Source of the DNA: Callorhinchus milii
Taxonomy: Eukaryota
Reading direction: 5' to 3'
Assembly (NCBI RefSeq): GCF_018977255.1
Contig: NW_024704748.1
Coordinates: 11,718,001-11,782,000 of the forward strand
DNA length: 64,000 bases
The position numbers and the translations under genes are program-made. The notes under the pieces are model-generated. The model searched no databases and was not told where the DNA came from. It saw nothing but the letters and a program-made list of their open reading frames with translations. This document shows positions 1-14,110 of the stretch, piece after piece (the stretch's first letter is position 1; every line of letters starts with the position of its first letter).

Positions 1-1006
1 AATATTATTCTGAAATTCACGAACCAATCTATACACAGCATTAAAAATCATGATCCAGGTATGGTCTAATACCATATACGCAAAACAAAAAAAAAAATTC
101 TGGATAAAGCAATACATCCATAAAAGTTATTTGCCCATTATCCACCCTATCCAATGTAAATGAAAAATTATTTTTTAACAATCTGAACACACCTTCCATC
201 AGAAATATGGGTGGCAAAGGAACAACCTAAACAGAGAACAGATTTTAATGCAGAAAAGGAGAAAGTATATATAACTCACTACATCCAATTTGTATAATAT
301 TTCATAAATTAATCTCAAACATTATCAAAAGATAGAGTAACCACATTTGCATTACTGACGTTGTTTGCATACTGATCCCCAACACTCAATTGTCCAATTT
401 CAATGGACTTGCCCTTGTATTCTATTTTATTATACTATGCTGTTTGCATTATTCGCTCATTTTTCTTGATTTTGTATTGTAATTTCATAGTCTCCTTGCA
501 TCAGAACCTCCCATCCAAGGCAATGAGCTGAGATTGGTTCCCAAACCGGCACCACATGAAAGAATGGCAGAAAGTGGCTGGCTCCTTATTTTTTTTTCCT
601 TTTTCTCCAAGGACAAACACCTGGTTGCTCCTCATAGCAACACAGTTGAGATTATTAACTCACTGTGTGGGGAATCATTGGCAAGATTCTTTGTCCTTCC
701 TCTCTGTAGAACTATGGCTTTAAATAGATGTGCCACTATCTCACCTGCTTTTCTTCAGGGTTGGAAAACTACCCTTTCTTTCATTATGCAAAACTCCTCC
801 CCCTTCCCATATTCCCTATTCGACTGCTAAGTAAGAAAATTCAAATGCATATTACAGAGATGTATTTCTCCCAATATAGTATTGAATCCATAAAAATTCA
901 GCATAAGTTAACAAATCAGCTCTGATGATTTGTACCATGGAACATGGAACCTGTGTATTATGTCAAATATGAAGCGCTGTCGTATGAGAGGAAACTTTTG
1001 CACTTA

Positions 1007-1195
<189 letters not shown>

Positions 1196-2400
1196 TTAGT
1201 TTAGCAATTTAGCAAGCACAGAAACAACATTACATTTGCTAAATGGCAGTAAATTTGGTAATTTAGGTACACGGCTAGATTCCTGAATCAGCATTGTGGC
1301 AGTAATCGCATTCACGCAATTAATTGGAAAAGATTCATATTCGATGTATTGCAGATGACCAATGAATAGTTCAAAAATTCTCAAAACAATTCCAAGAAAG
1401 AAGACAAACATGCCTTCTTTCAAATATTCTGAAAAAACAATTACAACACAATCCAACTAATTGTTGTGTGGAACCAGTGAGGAAAGATTGGTTTCTTTCA
1501 AATTCATTATTTCATACTAGTTTCAGAAGGTTTAATCATTTTATTACTATGGTCCTTAGTCAACCATACAAAAAAATTTAATTTGACACTGTTTGACAAC
1601 ATGGTGTTCTACTTGTAAGAGGTTTAAGTCAAAAGAAAATATATCAAATCCCACAAACACAGGATCATGCAATGATGTTTATTGAAGGAAATCAAAGCCA
1701 AGTCACTTCACTCCAGAATTATAAAGAAGCTTACTACAATTAAACAATTAAACCATCCCAATTTAATTTGTCCCAATTCCCAGTACGAATATAAGACATT
1801 TATATCTTTAATATTAATATATGCTGCAGTAGATTGGAGGTTGACAGAGTTTATGAAACAAAGATGATCAATTGATCACAAACTGCCTATCATGAGTTTT
1901 ATCAATTCAATTTGTAGAAATTATTTTGTAAATTATTTTCAACATATGCCAAAAGTATCCAGTTTTCACACAGAAGTAGAATAGAAATTTATGCTGGAAA
2001 AAAATCACAAGAGGTAAGCTCCTGTCTACAGGTTTTTGAATTCTGATGGTGAGCAGAAGTTGGCTTGGAGACATTACTAACCAGACAATATATGGAAAGT
2101 TGAAGTAAAACATTCATTGGATATCGACATTTCATTCACATCGCTCTAACCATCAATGCAACATCAAAGTCCAAGCATGAAGCTGCCACGAATGCACTGC
2201 TTCTAATTTTGTCACTTCCATTTAGACATCTCTATTCTAACACAAATTAGAAGTATAAAGGCCCAATGTAATATGCGCTGTGTAATAAACTGGGTCAGTA
2301 AAAAGCACGGCTGCAATTTTTCAGTGGAAATTGTTACAAACTATGCCTTTCCTATAAACCCACTAAAAATTACAAAGTTTATCTGGCTCCTTCGGACGCA

Positions 2401-4344
2401 CAGTTGATTGTTTAAAATTATTATGAAGTGCAGAGGATTTTTATTGGGAGACTTTATTAACTGGATGTAAGATTTGAATATTCTTTTGTTGTGACAACTT
2501 TGTTTTCAGTTGTAAAACAATAACACTTTGATGAGACCAGTGTTGCTAACCAAGTGTTTGGTAACCACAGTTTCACACGGGAAATGGGCTGGCCCTTTGT
2601 GGGTCTGCGGTGTTCAAGGGCACTGCTGATGACAGCCAGCCAGCCTGGAAGGGCAGACCAGTGAGGGAGAGAGTGCCGTTAAGAGTGTTTGCAACCACTC
2701 CAAACAAGTTCGGATTCGGTAATACCAATAGGTCAGAGTCTCAGGATGTTTTAATCAAACCAAACTTTAATTATGCATACATGTATAAAAGAGCATCATG
2801 ACTATCTTAAAAAACAGAGCAATACTACTGAGTGTTGCAGATTCAACTTTGTCTTTGCAGCAAGCAAATTCTCGTTTTCCTCTGCAACCACTCCTAGATG
2901 CTCTGGAGTTAACTAACTTACGTAAGTTGGACCCTGGCTTTATAATACTGTGATGGGTACTATACCAAGCCTCTGATCAGATCATCCCGAGGTCACCACG
3001 TGAACCTGCTCGTCTCATAGAACAAGTCTTGTGATCATGTGATAGTCTCATGGCATGTCTGACTGATAAGGTTGTTAATGGAGACAGGCTTCACAGTATC
3101 CCAGTACTGTCCTTGGGAGTGTAGCTAGCTTACAAGAAAAAGCTTTCAGACACACATCCCATTGTCCTGGTCCCAGGCTCAGGGTCTTCCCCTTATCTCA
3201 AGGTGGCCCTTACCTCATACTTCAGGACTAAAAGTTGTGCCAGCTTCTCACAGTGTCTGAAACCAACAGCCATAGTATTCTTTTAACATTTTAAACCACT
3301 ATCTTATAATTGCTATAAGGTATTATAATTTCTATCTATTCTACTCAATCTAACAGTGCGCATTCTATTCCAACAATCTATCTCTGGGATTTCCATGTCT
3401 AATAATCATCATCATGTATGATGGATGGATGGAAAGAAGGTAGGTGGGATGCATGAAAATCTCAGCTTGGTTTGGATAGTCTTAAGCACGGTGATGGGTT
3501 TCCACATATGTCAGACACCCAGCTGACAAAAAAAACAATCCACATGAAAAAATAACATCGGAATTCATTTGAACCTAAATTTGAAAAATTATTGAACACA
3601 AGTTAACTCTTCTAAAATATACATATAAAATATTTCCGACAGGCACTATATGTTCAGTTACATGTAAAAATACTGCAGATAATGAATCTCTGGGGGAACA
3701 GAAAAGCTTAAAAGACCTGACCTAGAAGCAGCAATCCCTCCAGGAGTAAACTGCAATCTATGTTCTCGGGACAATTAAGCGTTTTCATGTAGTGTCTGCA
3801 AAACTGATTTTCGATACATCTTTACAATCATTAAGCAGATTTTTCAAAAATATTCAGAATGAAAAAAAAGTACTTTATTGAAATAACGTACAAATGAAAT
3901 ACTTTTTTTTGCTGGCAATTTTATTTATTGCAAGATCTTCCTTGTTTTGCATCCAGAACAATCATGTCAATTTACATTCAGCCTGTACCAGTTCTTTGTG
4001 AGAAAATAAATGCGCATAATTGTGCTTTGCTTTCCATAAAACACTTAACTCATGGGATTAGGCTACAGTAATGTAGGTTTGGAAATTTTGCCTCAGAAAT
4101 AATCAATTGTAGCATCGTTTCTGGACTTTATCCTAACTACATTCAAAACCATGAACCTGTAACTAAATGTGTAACTGTGGTTACCAAACACTTGGTTAGC
4201 ATCACTGGTCTCATCAAAGTGTTATTGCTTTACAACTGAAAACAAAGTTGTCACAACAAAAGAATATTCAAATCTTACATCCAGTTAATAAAGTCTCCCA
4301 ATAAAAATCCTCTGCACTTCATAATAATTTTAAACAATCAACTG
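2401..4344. repeat. 177-bp inverted repeat (arms 2401-2577 and 4168-4344)
   Basis: The right arm is the reverse complement of the left, with 3 mismatches by manual comparison; spacer ~1.59 kb. Confidence 0.95.
2677..3355 (-). mobile_element. Solo LTR (~679 bp) with 4-bp TSD
   Basis: GTGC flanks both ends (2673-2676, 3356-3359). Termini (C/T)GTTA...TAACA. Minus-strand TATTATAAAG ~2940 and ATTAAA ~2767. It interrupts an older repeat whose halves rejoin across the TSD. Confidence 0.75.
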
Positions 4345-6149
4345 AATTCCACGAACAAATACAAAACAAAAGGCCGTCAAATCCAAAACGTAACTGGCAT
4401 TCAGAGAAATAAAAATGATCATCTCCCCACTGAAAGTTACTGTGACATTAATACAATCTCAGATAGTATGTCAAATTCTGAACACCTATAAACTTCCTGT
4501 CATAAAATCCACTTGAACGCTTTTGTGTGGCCCTCAATTCTTTAAATAGGATCTCCCAAATGTACTGAACAGTTCAAAATTCTTTTTGAGCTATGGGTGT
4601 GCTAATATTCCTGCACAAGAGCAAGAAACAACTGCCAGAATGAAAAATTTTAACTAATTTAAGGCTCGTACATTTCAGTTCGTCATTGACTATTAAGCTT
4701 ATAGAGTGTACGTTTCCCCAGAAACCATTCTTTCACTTAAGTTGTACAGTATGATAGCGCAGTGCAATAGTATAATTTCTTATGTGAAAGAGTAAAAATA
4801 CAAACTTCAAAAGCTAACAAAATCTCTGCAATTGTAATGTGGCTGAAAGTGTCTTCACAACCAAATAGTTCAGCAAAAGTTTTAAAAACAGATAGTCAGC
4901 ATTCAACAAATTCTTGATTGAGTTTTGTCCGCCTGCTTGGATTGATTGCTGATATCTTGAAGCACTGCATGATCTAGCAAATGCATGAGGTTTACATTAC
5001 AGACTGAAAAATATTATTCTTACATCAGAAAACTGTAAATCTGCTCAGTTCCACTGAAGCTAAACGTTCTTTCACAATATGAACTGGTTAATTTTCAGCC
5101 ATCAGTCAATACAAGAACATAGAATCCTTGGCATCAACAATTCCTCAATCTTAACATGAAGCCATGGGCAGTCACCAATAGATCCCAATCAATTTTGAAG
5201 AATGAGTAGGATCTTTATTGAACTTGGTTAAACTGTTCAATGCTCTGTCTTATTAAATCTGTGATAGGTCACAAATGTTAGACATATTTCAATGTCCTCA
5301 TTACCGTGAGTCTGGATTCTGCCATTCATTGTTCATATACCTTTGAAATAAGAACTGTATTTTATGCTTAGCATTTTCAAAAAGTAACAACAGAATTTCA
5401 TGTGGTAATGTTCAATTTCAAGATTGCAGAAAACCCCTGCCCTGTGACAGCATCTCAAAGAACATCAGCAGGATAAGGTTGGATTGTTGCTTTCCTTTCT
5501 GAAAGGATTAATAATGAAAGTAGTAATCTTGTTCATTTTTAATTTTAAAAATGGACAAGGTCAACCAAACTCAACAGAGCGAGAATGCCTGAATCCAGTA
5601 TGCTTTCAAGATGTATTAAGCATGTTAAAATAATTTTATTTTTAATTCAGGTGGCATGAAGTAGTCCTGAAGGACATAAAGACCACTGCATGCTTAACAT
5701 TTTTACAACAACCTTCACATGTGTCTGTATAAATTACTACAATATCCCATTTTTTTGAAAAAAAATGCTGGAATTCAATAACATCAGATATTTCCTCAAA
5801 GGACCTCCTGTTTCTTCAATTCTATTTTTATCTGTCAATCATCTCCCTCTAGCTTGTGTTGGTTGATGTTCCACGATCGTTCATTGATCATCAGTGTTGT
5901 TTCCTGGACAGTAAGCATCACTATTTATATGTTGTTCAAGTATCACATTACCTGTAGTATCTCCTCTCATAAAAATAAATCAATACAGTAAATACGTTTA
6001 AGCACCAAGTTAAAGATATGAAAATGTGTAGTAAATCATACTTGGAAACCATGATATTATAGATAAGAGTTGGGAAAGTTTGGGTCAGATTTTTGAAAGA
6101 TTGATCCTAAGATAACGTTTGTGAATTAAACCAGAAATTGTTTAATGTA

Positions 6150-6580
6150 GTTTTCCCCATCCTTCCATGGTTCCATTCGCTCTCCATCCCCCAGGGATTG
6201 AATTCAAGACCCTCGTTCTCGCCTTTAAATCCCTCCATGGTCTTGTCCCACCCTACATCTGTGACCTCCTTCAATCCCACTGACCCAGCAGCCCTCTTCA
6301 CTCAGCGAACACTGGTCTTCTTCGTGTCCACGGCCAACATCCGCAGATGGATTTTCAGGCAGTCTGCTTCCTTTCTCAGGAATTCCATCCCTCCGACTCG
6401 TTCCTTTCCTCACCTTGTTCAAAACCGTCTCATATACCTCTATGGCTACTCTTTTGGTCATCTTTCTCCTCCCCCCCCTTAGCTCCCATGTCCACCTTGG
6501 GAGCGAGGTCATTATTGTTAAGTGTTTTGGGATGTTCTCCTGACTTGAAAGCTACTACATAAATGTAAATTTGTATTATA
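6150..6580 (+). mobile_element. L2 LINE 3' fragment
   Basis: Degenerate LHWLPI..RIEFKIL coding remnant, C-rich 3'UTR and tail. Confidence 0.75.
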
Positions 6581-7888
6581 TTTTACTGTAAAAATTCTGC
6601 AACAGCAAAGAACTGGAGAAGATCTTTGGAAAACATTGAATAGAATGCACAGAAATATTGCAAAGCATTTTGACAAAACTCAAATAATCCACATAAAACA
6701 AGAAAAAATACTAAAATGTAGGAATTCAAAGATTATTACTAGATATTTCAAAGTTGATATTCCAGTATATTTATTTTATTGCATTTCAAATAGGAGTGCC
6801 TATCAAAAGTCAACAGCATTTAATATCTGAAAAGTTTTGATTAAATTATCTAAATCCCCATTCGTAGCATGTATCAAGTAAAAACTCCAAAATAGATTTC
6901 ACAAATATATTTGCTTGTTTATTATGAGATTAAAATCAAGCTGGACAATTAAGGAATAAAAGAAAATGGTTTGAGGTTACGTAAATATAGCGGAGTCACA
7001 ACACGTTGGTTTCACAAACATAAATGTAGAATTGATTTTACATTACAAAAGCCGGTCACCTTTTTGTCTCATTGAGCAATCCTGAGACAAGCAGTCTCAA
7101 GGGAAGCATATAATTCCCTGTATTGTTATACCTTACCCAAATCTCTTTGAAGGTAAATCATTTACCCAGAGTAATTAATGTAAAAAATTGACTGACAAAT
7201 GAAGCCCTCGCATTATCTGTTCAACTTCAAATTAGATCCAAATGCATAGTTCATTTGCTTAGAAACACACAAGTGAGACAATAAACTTAAGCTGTTAATT
7301 TAGGGGTTGAAAATAGGATTTTAGTCCAGTTAGTATGCAGTAAAGCTTTTGTTAGCTCAGAAATTTGACAGTTAGATATTTACAGGATTTTGGGGGGGGC
7401 AGAACTTACTTTCCCGACTTAAAAAAATCAATTAACCTGATAGTTTAATAAAATCTCATCTCAAACTTATAAGCACATAACTGTAATATTTACTTCTTAA
7501 TTTCTACTTCAACTGATAAAAGAAAATCTAATTTAAAAAAATCTATGCAACAGATTTGTTTTTTCTCTGTGTCAATAAAATGAATAATGAATAACTTCCT
7601 GTCTATTCAGCACGGAGGGTTGAAGAAGAACTTATTTAATTCCAATGCTGAATACTAACTTTCGAGAAACTTTGTTTGCCATCTCTGAACATTGTTCTCC
7701 TTTATTATGCTATCCTATTATGGATGTACCTCTTAATCCTCCATGAACCAATTTCAAATGACTGAGGAGTCATAACTTTTAAAAACTCATAACTCAGCTC
7801 CAACTCAGCTCTTCCATTATGTGTAGTTCGATTAAGTTGATCAAGCTTTGAAAAATGAAGCCAAAAATCACTGAGCTAAGTTACCTAC

Positions 7889-7981
7889 CTGGGTACAGAC
7901 AGACAGCAGTCGTAGAGCTAGTTCGGCAATCTCAGGCAAAAGGGACTGTAGAAGATGTTGTGTCTCCACATCATCTAAAAC
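7889..7981 (-). CDS. PARG: PARG coding exon 8 (93 nt)
   Basis: tcag|VLDDVETQHLLQSLLPEIAELALRLLSVCTQ|gtaggt, phase 0/0. Aligns to human [31 protein letters not shown]. Confidence 0.95.
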
Positions 7982-10900
7982 CTGAATAATCAAGAACAAA
8001 AATGTCAAACTTGTTTATTGAATCCATGTCTATTTTGTTGTGCAGCACTGAAGAAAAACAGAACATGCTAAAGACACTTTAATTAATAGCATGGCATTTT
8101 TGTCTGCTATATTAATATATTAACTACTGACATAAAATATATTGCCAAGGGATATGGCGCAGGAAGAGATTGATTTTAAAGCAGATCTCATTTATGAAAA
8201 ACCTGAAAGTACTCATTAAGGTGCCGATATGTGCATTATTGTGAAATTTATTGAAATAATTGGTTTGCATAAAAAACCAGAACCGCTTTTGAGTGTATGT
8301 AGCTTGCGACATGCCAGCCACCTGGATGTTCTAGATTTCTAAATCCATCCCTTGTGCCAGGTTAACTGAGCACCAATTTCTTAATCCAGGGAGTGGAATA
8401 AGTGGCATCTACATGGGAATAGGGAATATATACTATTAAACAAATAATAGTGTCAGAGAAGACTCAAAACTGGAGAGAAACATGTCATAAAGCTCTTTAT
8501 ATTTAATAAAATGCAGAGAAAAGCAAAGATTACATTTCTACGATTTAAGTTCAGATCAAGAATATCTTATTGTTTCAGTATTATTTTTTTCCCTGATTTC
8601 TGTCAATATCATGTAATTCTTAAGCTACTAACTTGTGATAAATTATTCTGACAACACTCAAACCCAGGAATCAAAGTTTTATGTACCTAAAGTTATGTAA
8701 ACATAACATTTGACCCTAGCTCGACTAGTTTTCTGTACCACTGTCGCTTCTGAGAATGTTCCATATATGAGCAAGAGCAATCAGGCTTCAGAATGCAACC
8801 ACAAAGTGCAAGCTGTCACTGGCTGACAACTTCTGGAGTGCCTGATTTTTGACACACGTCAGCAGCATTCAAATGACAAAAACACTTCCATTACCAGCAT
8901 TAAGCTTCTGAATACTAAATTCACAGACATATTACAGATATAACACTATAAAGAACAAAGGTAAAAGACTCGCTTTCCAATGCTCATTTACAATAGGTAA
9001 AATACTGAGAAGGGCAAAAGTTCAAACTTTCCCAATGCACAAGATCAGCAATTTTAATGGGTAAGACTCTACAACCTCTTTATACTCTAAGTATGCTGTA
9101 GCCTTTAATTAATAATACGCGTAACATATTAAAAATCTACATTAATCCAGTTGTTACTCTGAAGTGTTTTAGCAACAATGAAAAATATTTTTTTTTATCA
9201 GTGGGGTCTAATTTGTGGCCCAGGTTTACCATATACAAATACTGTGTGTCCGTGGATGAAACCACCATTGCACTTAGCAATGTAATTAAGAGACAATGTA
9301 CAGAGTTTCTATATTGTTTTCATTTGCCCATAAGTATAATATTTGAATACCTATAATTCCCTCTGTATGTATGTTAACCTAGAAATTCGACCTCAGTGGC
9401 TTCTTAAAATTAACAGTAAATAAAACGAGCCAATGCAACACAATATTTAACAATACTTATCTTACAGCTGTAAAATAAGCGTGGTAATCTCTTTATGTGC
9501 CGACCTTAAAACAAAATACATATAGCTCTGACCTGCCTAAATATTGATTCAGTGGGATTGGCTAGGAAGTGCCTGAGCAATTAATCACTTAAGCAATTTC
9601 ATCAGGCCTGGCTCACATACGTTTGATTAAATAGAAGGGAAGAAATGCGAATCGATTTATTTATTTGGAGGACAGCAACTTCCTGGGCAGACAGCCTTGA
9701 CTCGCAATATACTAAAGTGAACATTTATATTGCCACAAAGAGGTTTGACTAAATACCATCACAACTAATGACTGCTTGTCACAATAAACTGTTCCAGTGT
9801 GGGTAATGAATGTCTGTCCCTGACAGGATTGGATGAGAAGGAGCTGAGGCAGCAGGCCTAGCAGCTTTAAATCAAAGCTTGACAACACATCAAATCAAAC
9901 AAACTAACACCTGTCACATGACTGGAGGCATTTCCATGAATCATAATGCAGAAGCAGTAATCAAGTAAAAGAAGTGTATTCGTATACACATTCATATTTA
10001 CCATTTTGCTGCCGCTTTTTTTTTAACTCACGCAAATAAAATGACATCGGTTGATTTACTTTGGCAGACTTTGATAATGGAATGCATGTAGCTCTTCATT
10101 CTATATATTTTAAGTCAAATTTCAAACAAAGTATGCTCTGAGTGAATGTTACTCCAAAAAGGCAGCTTCCACTTTTCCTGGATCCTTTGCATGTTTTGTC
10201 ATCATCTTAAGTTGTAAATCAACAACTGAATTTAGTGGGACCATTTCTAAAGAACAACACTAATGAGTACATTCAAAAATAAAATACAACAACAAGATTA
10301 CATTTGTCAGGAGGACGTCCCAAAATAAGGATTGAAATATATCACAATTTTTTCTCTTCTAAGACATATAACCATTGTAAAACAATAACTAAAGGGAAAA
10401 CATTTCTTTGGTACACACTGTAATTTTCAAAAGGATCACATGCATATTTTTTAAAAAGTACGATCGATGAATTTATAACTGCCAGTAAGCAAAATATTTT
10501 CCAGTATTTTTGCTTTCAATAACTTAATTCCTAATGGTTGTCAGGCTTTTTAAATATCAATCAACAATTATCAAATTTTAGAATAAAGAGACTATTTAGA
10601 CTGCCTTAACTGTGCAAGCCCTCTGTAAGAATTATCCACTTTCTCCCACTTCCCTGCCTTTCCTTGATACCTTTTCATATTTTTCCTTTCAAAATATTAC
10701 TATAATTATCTTTCAAAAGCTATTGTGCTTCAACTACAATTTTGGTAGGTAATCCCTTGTCCTAGTATTATTGAGGTAACGATAAAAACCTCGTAATCTC
10801 TCCCTTTGTTTTTGTTTTAAAAACAGATGACATTAAATTTATGCTCTCCAGTTACCAGCTCACCAGCCAATGGAAATTATTTCTCCTATTAACTTTATCA

Positions 10901-11319
10901 ATTCAGCTTATAATTGCTGTCGTAACCCCTTCAATACTGTGCACGTTAATTTTTCCAACAAATCTCTTCTGTGGCTCCTTATCAAGTGCCTTTTGAAAAT
11001 CCATATTCATAAAATCCACTACATTTCCTTTACGTATTTTCTTTTAAACACCAAATTGCTTCGTCTGGACTCTTAAAAAGTGTGGCATTTTGGCACAGTA
11101 TAGTGAAGGGCAATTAAAACCAATTTTTACTGAAGAGAATAAAAGTTTCATCTTACACAGTGCTGGAACTTCTCTAATGTTACTGTAATCAATAACATAA
11201 ATAAATAATCCTTGCATTTGATAGTGTTCATAATGTCAAAAATTATCCAACTGCTTCACAAGCAATTGCTGTCAAGTTTAGTGACTGCATATTTGTAGGC
11301 AAACAAGCAGTCAATACAC

Positions 11320-11615
11320 CCACAGCAGGTCCCCAAAACAGCCATGAAATTAATGACCAATTTATCTTGAGAAATTTTGGCCTGGACATGGGATATTATT
11401 TTTAAATGGTATCATGGGATCTTTAGGATTCATCTGAACAGGCAAACGACACGTCAGTTTAACGTCTCATCTGAAGGACAGCATAAACTACAGGGAATCA
11501 CTCCTCTAGCACTGAACTGGCACATCGGCTTAGACCATGAGTTCAAGTCGTGACGTGGCTTTTGATCTCAGAACCTTTTGATCCGAATGTGACTGTGCTA
11601 CCAACTGAGCCAAGG
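11320..11615 (-). mobile_element. DeuSINE-like element
   Basis: Reverse-complement Deu core (CATGGGATCTTT, GTTTAACGTCTCATC) and tRNA head (CCAACTGAGCCA). Confidence 0.65.
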
Positions 11616-13274
11616 TGGAAACATAAATATTGCTGCCAATCACATGTGGAGGAAATCAACTGCATGTCTATTAAACCCAGAGAAAAAAATAGCATTTAGA
11701 TGGAAAAAAAATCAGTAAACCTATATTTTGTATAAAATTTTTAAAAATATAAATCCTGTGAAGTACTTTAAGACATCTTGAAGATGTAATAAGGCACTAT
11801 ATCAAAGGCAAGGATTATTATTTTAATTTTAAAATTCGCAGATTTTACCTTCAAAATGCATGCTGGTTTTTACAAGAAATAATTCTTGTAACATACTTAA
11901 CAGTAACATTTTCAGAGTGGTTACTTTAGTCACAGTGTGCTGGAAAACTAAATTTATTTTCCACACAAATTATCTTTTATTAATCAACTTAAAAATATCA
12001 AATCCTTATGTACATATTCACTCTCTTTAAGCAGCAGATAGCAGGTGCAATCTGGCTGAAGAGATCTTTTTGCTAGTTGTCATTTAGATAAATTGTCAGT
12101 TTAACCCCCTTCCCTCAACTTCTTTCACCTCCTGCCACATCTCCTGGCTCAAACATGACTAAAATAATGAACTGCATTCTCTTCTGTCTTTATTTACTCA
12201 AATGGTAGCAAACTCTACTGTATTAATGCAATACAAACGGTCCACAGCTGTCAACCTTACCGCTCAATTATTTTGATTAGAAACTACAGTGAAAAATAAA
12301 TGAATATAAGTGCAGCTATTTAACTACATTCATTTAAAATATATGGTCAAAACCGAATTTAGAAACAACCACACTTTTGCTCAACAAAGAATCAGACATT
12401 TCGCTTGAGAAAATATATAAAAAAAGAGACAAGACACGCTAATTCTAATTTACATTTGGCATATTCATACTTGTTTGTGTCTTTTGCTGTCTTATGAACG
12501 TTGGCCAAACAAAGGAACGCATGGTAAAAGATTTGAAATAAATATTAACTACGTATTTATGTTTTCATCTACATGTGAAATTTTTTTTTAAGTTTTCAGC
12601 AAATCATGATTTGAGATTTGACTTTGATGCAGAATCAAATTCATTCAATGTCAATATTTACCACTGTTAGTTTTGCAATGCCATCCAACTGTTATTCATT
12701 CCAAACCATTTTGACCTCCAGCTCCAAAAATTAGATGTTTGCATACCATGCAGGTCTTCTGGTTTCTCCTGGCCCCCTTCACACAATGTACGAGCCCACC
12801 TCGCACTTGATTTTAAACCCTGCATTAGATCTCTGAATCAAAACTTAAAACATTCTGTCACACACTTGCACATCTAAGGAATCTTGCTTTGAAGTCTCAG
12901 AACCCAGGTTACCAACATTACTTCACTTTGTAATGAAATGAATAGGTAGGCACATAGTAATGAAGCTCAAAAAAGCTGAACCTTAGTTTTCAGCAAGAAG
13001 TTACATCAACAGATGATACCTCCGAAACGCAATAGAATTTTATAGTGCAACTATGAATAGCATGAGTATCTCTCAATTGAAAAATTATAAAAATTCAGAT
13101 TAGAAACTTTGATTAACATCAGAATTTGTTTCATTATTTCTAATTATTTTGATACACATGAAAGACCCTTTTAACTTTACACCAGTTTCTCAAAAATAAT
13201 TCATCAAAAAGGTAAAGGATTGTGATCAGAGGAAAATTTGCAAATTGATTTAACAGTGCCATCTGCTGATAGAA

Positions 13275-13425
13275 ATAATAATAATAATCCTTGCATTTGA
13301 ATATAACACATATCACATCGTTGAGACGTCTCAAAGTGCTTCACAGAATATATTGTAAAGTGGATTGACAGTGTATTTTGTGGGCGAAATGCATCAGCAA
13401 ATTGCGCACAGCAGTGTCCCACAAT
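13275..13425 (-). mobile_element. SINE 3' fragment (representative; others at ~11755, 22240, 29030, 34270, 36525, 42870, 45440, 46385, 46600, 46845, 49300, 51800, 58340, 62697)
   Basis: Recurrent AATAATAATCCTTGCATTTGA-TATAGC...GACGTCTCAAAGTGCTTCACAGAATATA motif. Confidence 0.85.
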
Positions 13426-13796
13426 CAGGTATCAGGACCAGACATGAACAAAGCAGCACCCAGCTAAAAGTGAATTCTCCAGTTTCTCTCTCATTATTTG
13501 TTATGCTTCTTTAGCACATGCTGATCTTTGCTAATGGTTTTGTTTGGCCCCCTTCTGATTTCAACAGCGTTTGCTAATTGAATTAACGACTTTTGCAACA
13601 ATGTGAAGATGATCGACCTCTTCAGAATTACAAAACAATTTAAAAATTACAAGTTTTAAAACCAATCGAATATTGTTTTCTCAGCAAAAATAATTTCTAA
13701 ATGTTCTTCATTTATGCAAAGTAAGCCAGGGCTTCATTATACTTGAACGTGCTGTACGAATTTCAAAACTTCATTGCTCAAAGTGATCGACCAGTT

Positions 13797-14110
13797 ACAA
13801 CAACAACAACTTGCATTATATAGCGTCCTCCACCACGGGCGGCGTCTCAGTGCGTTTAACAATCCGCTCTGTGACAGGGAGTTTGGCCAGTGGAGTTTGG
13901 CAAGGACTGGAGTAATCAGGGTACGAAGTTTGGTGTGGGTGAGAATGCGTGTGGCATTTTGAATGAGCTGAATTTTATGAACAGTGGAGGAGGGGCATGA
14001 GAGGTGACAAAGGCATGGACAAAGGTTTCGGCAGCTTTTGGGGTGAGATATTGTCGGAGATGGGCAATGTGGTGGAGGTGGAAGAAAGCAATGCTCAAAA
14101 GTTACGAGCA
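13797..14110 (-). mobile_element. L2 LINE 3' fragment with internal deletion
   Basis: (CAA)n tail; AFFHLHHIAHLRQYLTPKAAETFVHAFVTS and IQLIQNA..RILTHTK..ITPVLAKLHW remnants. Confidence 0.8.
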
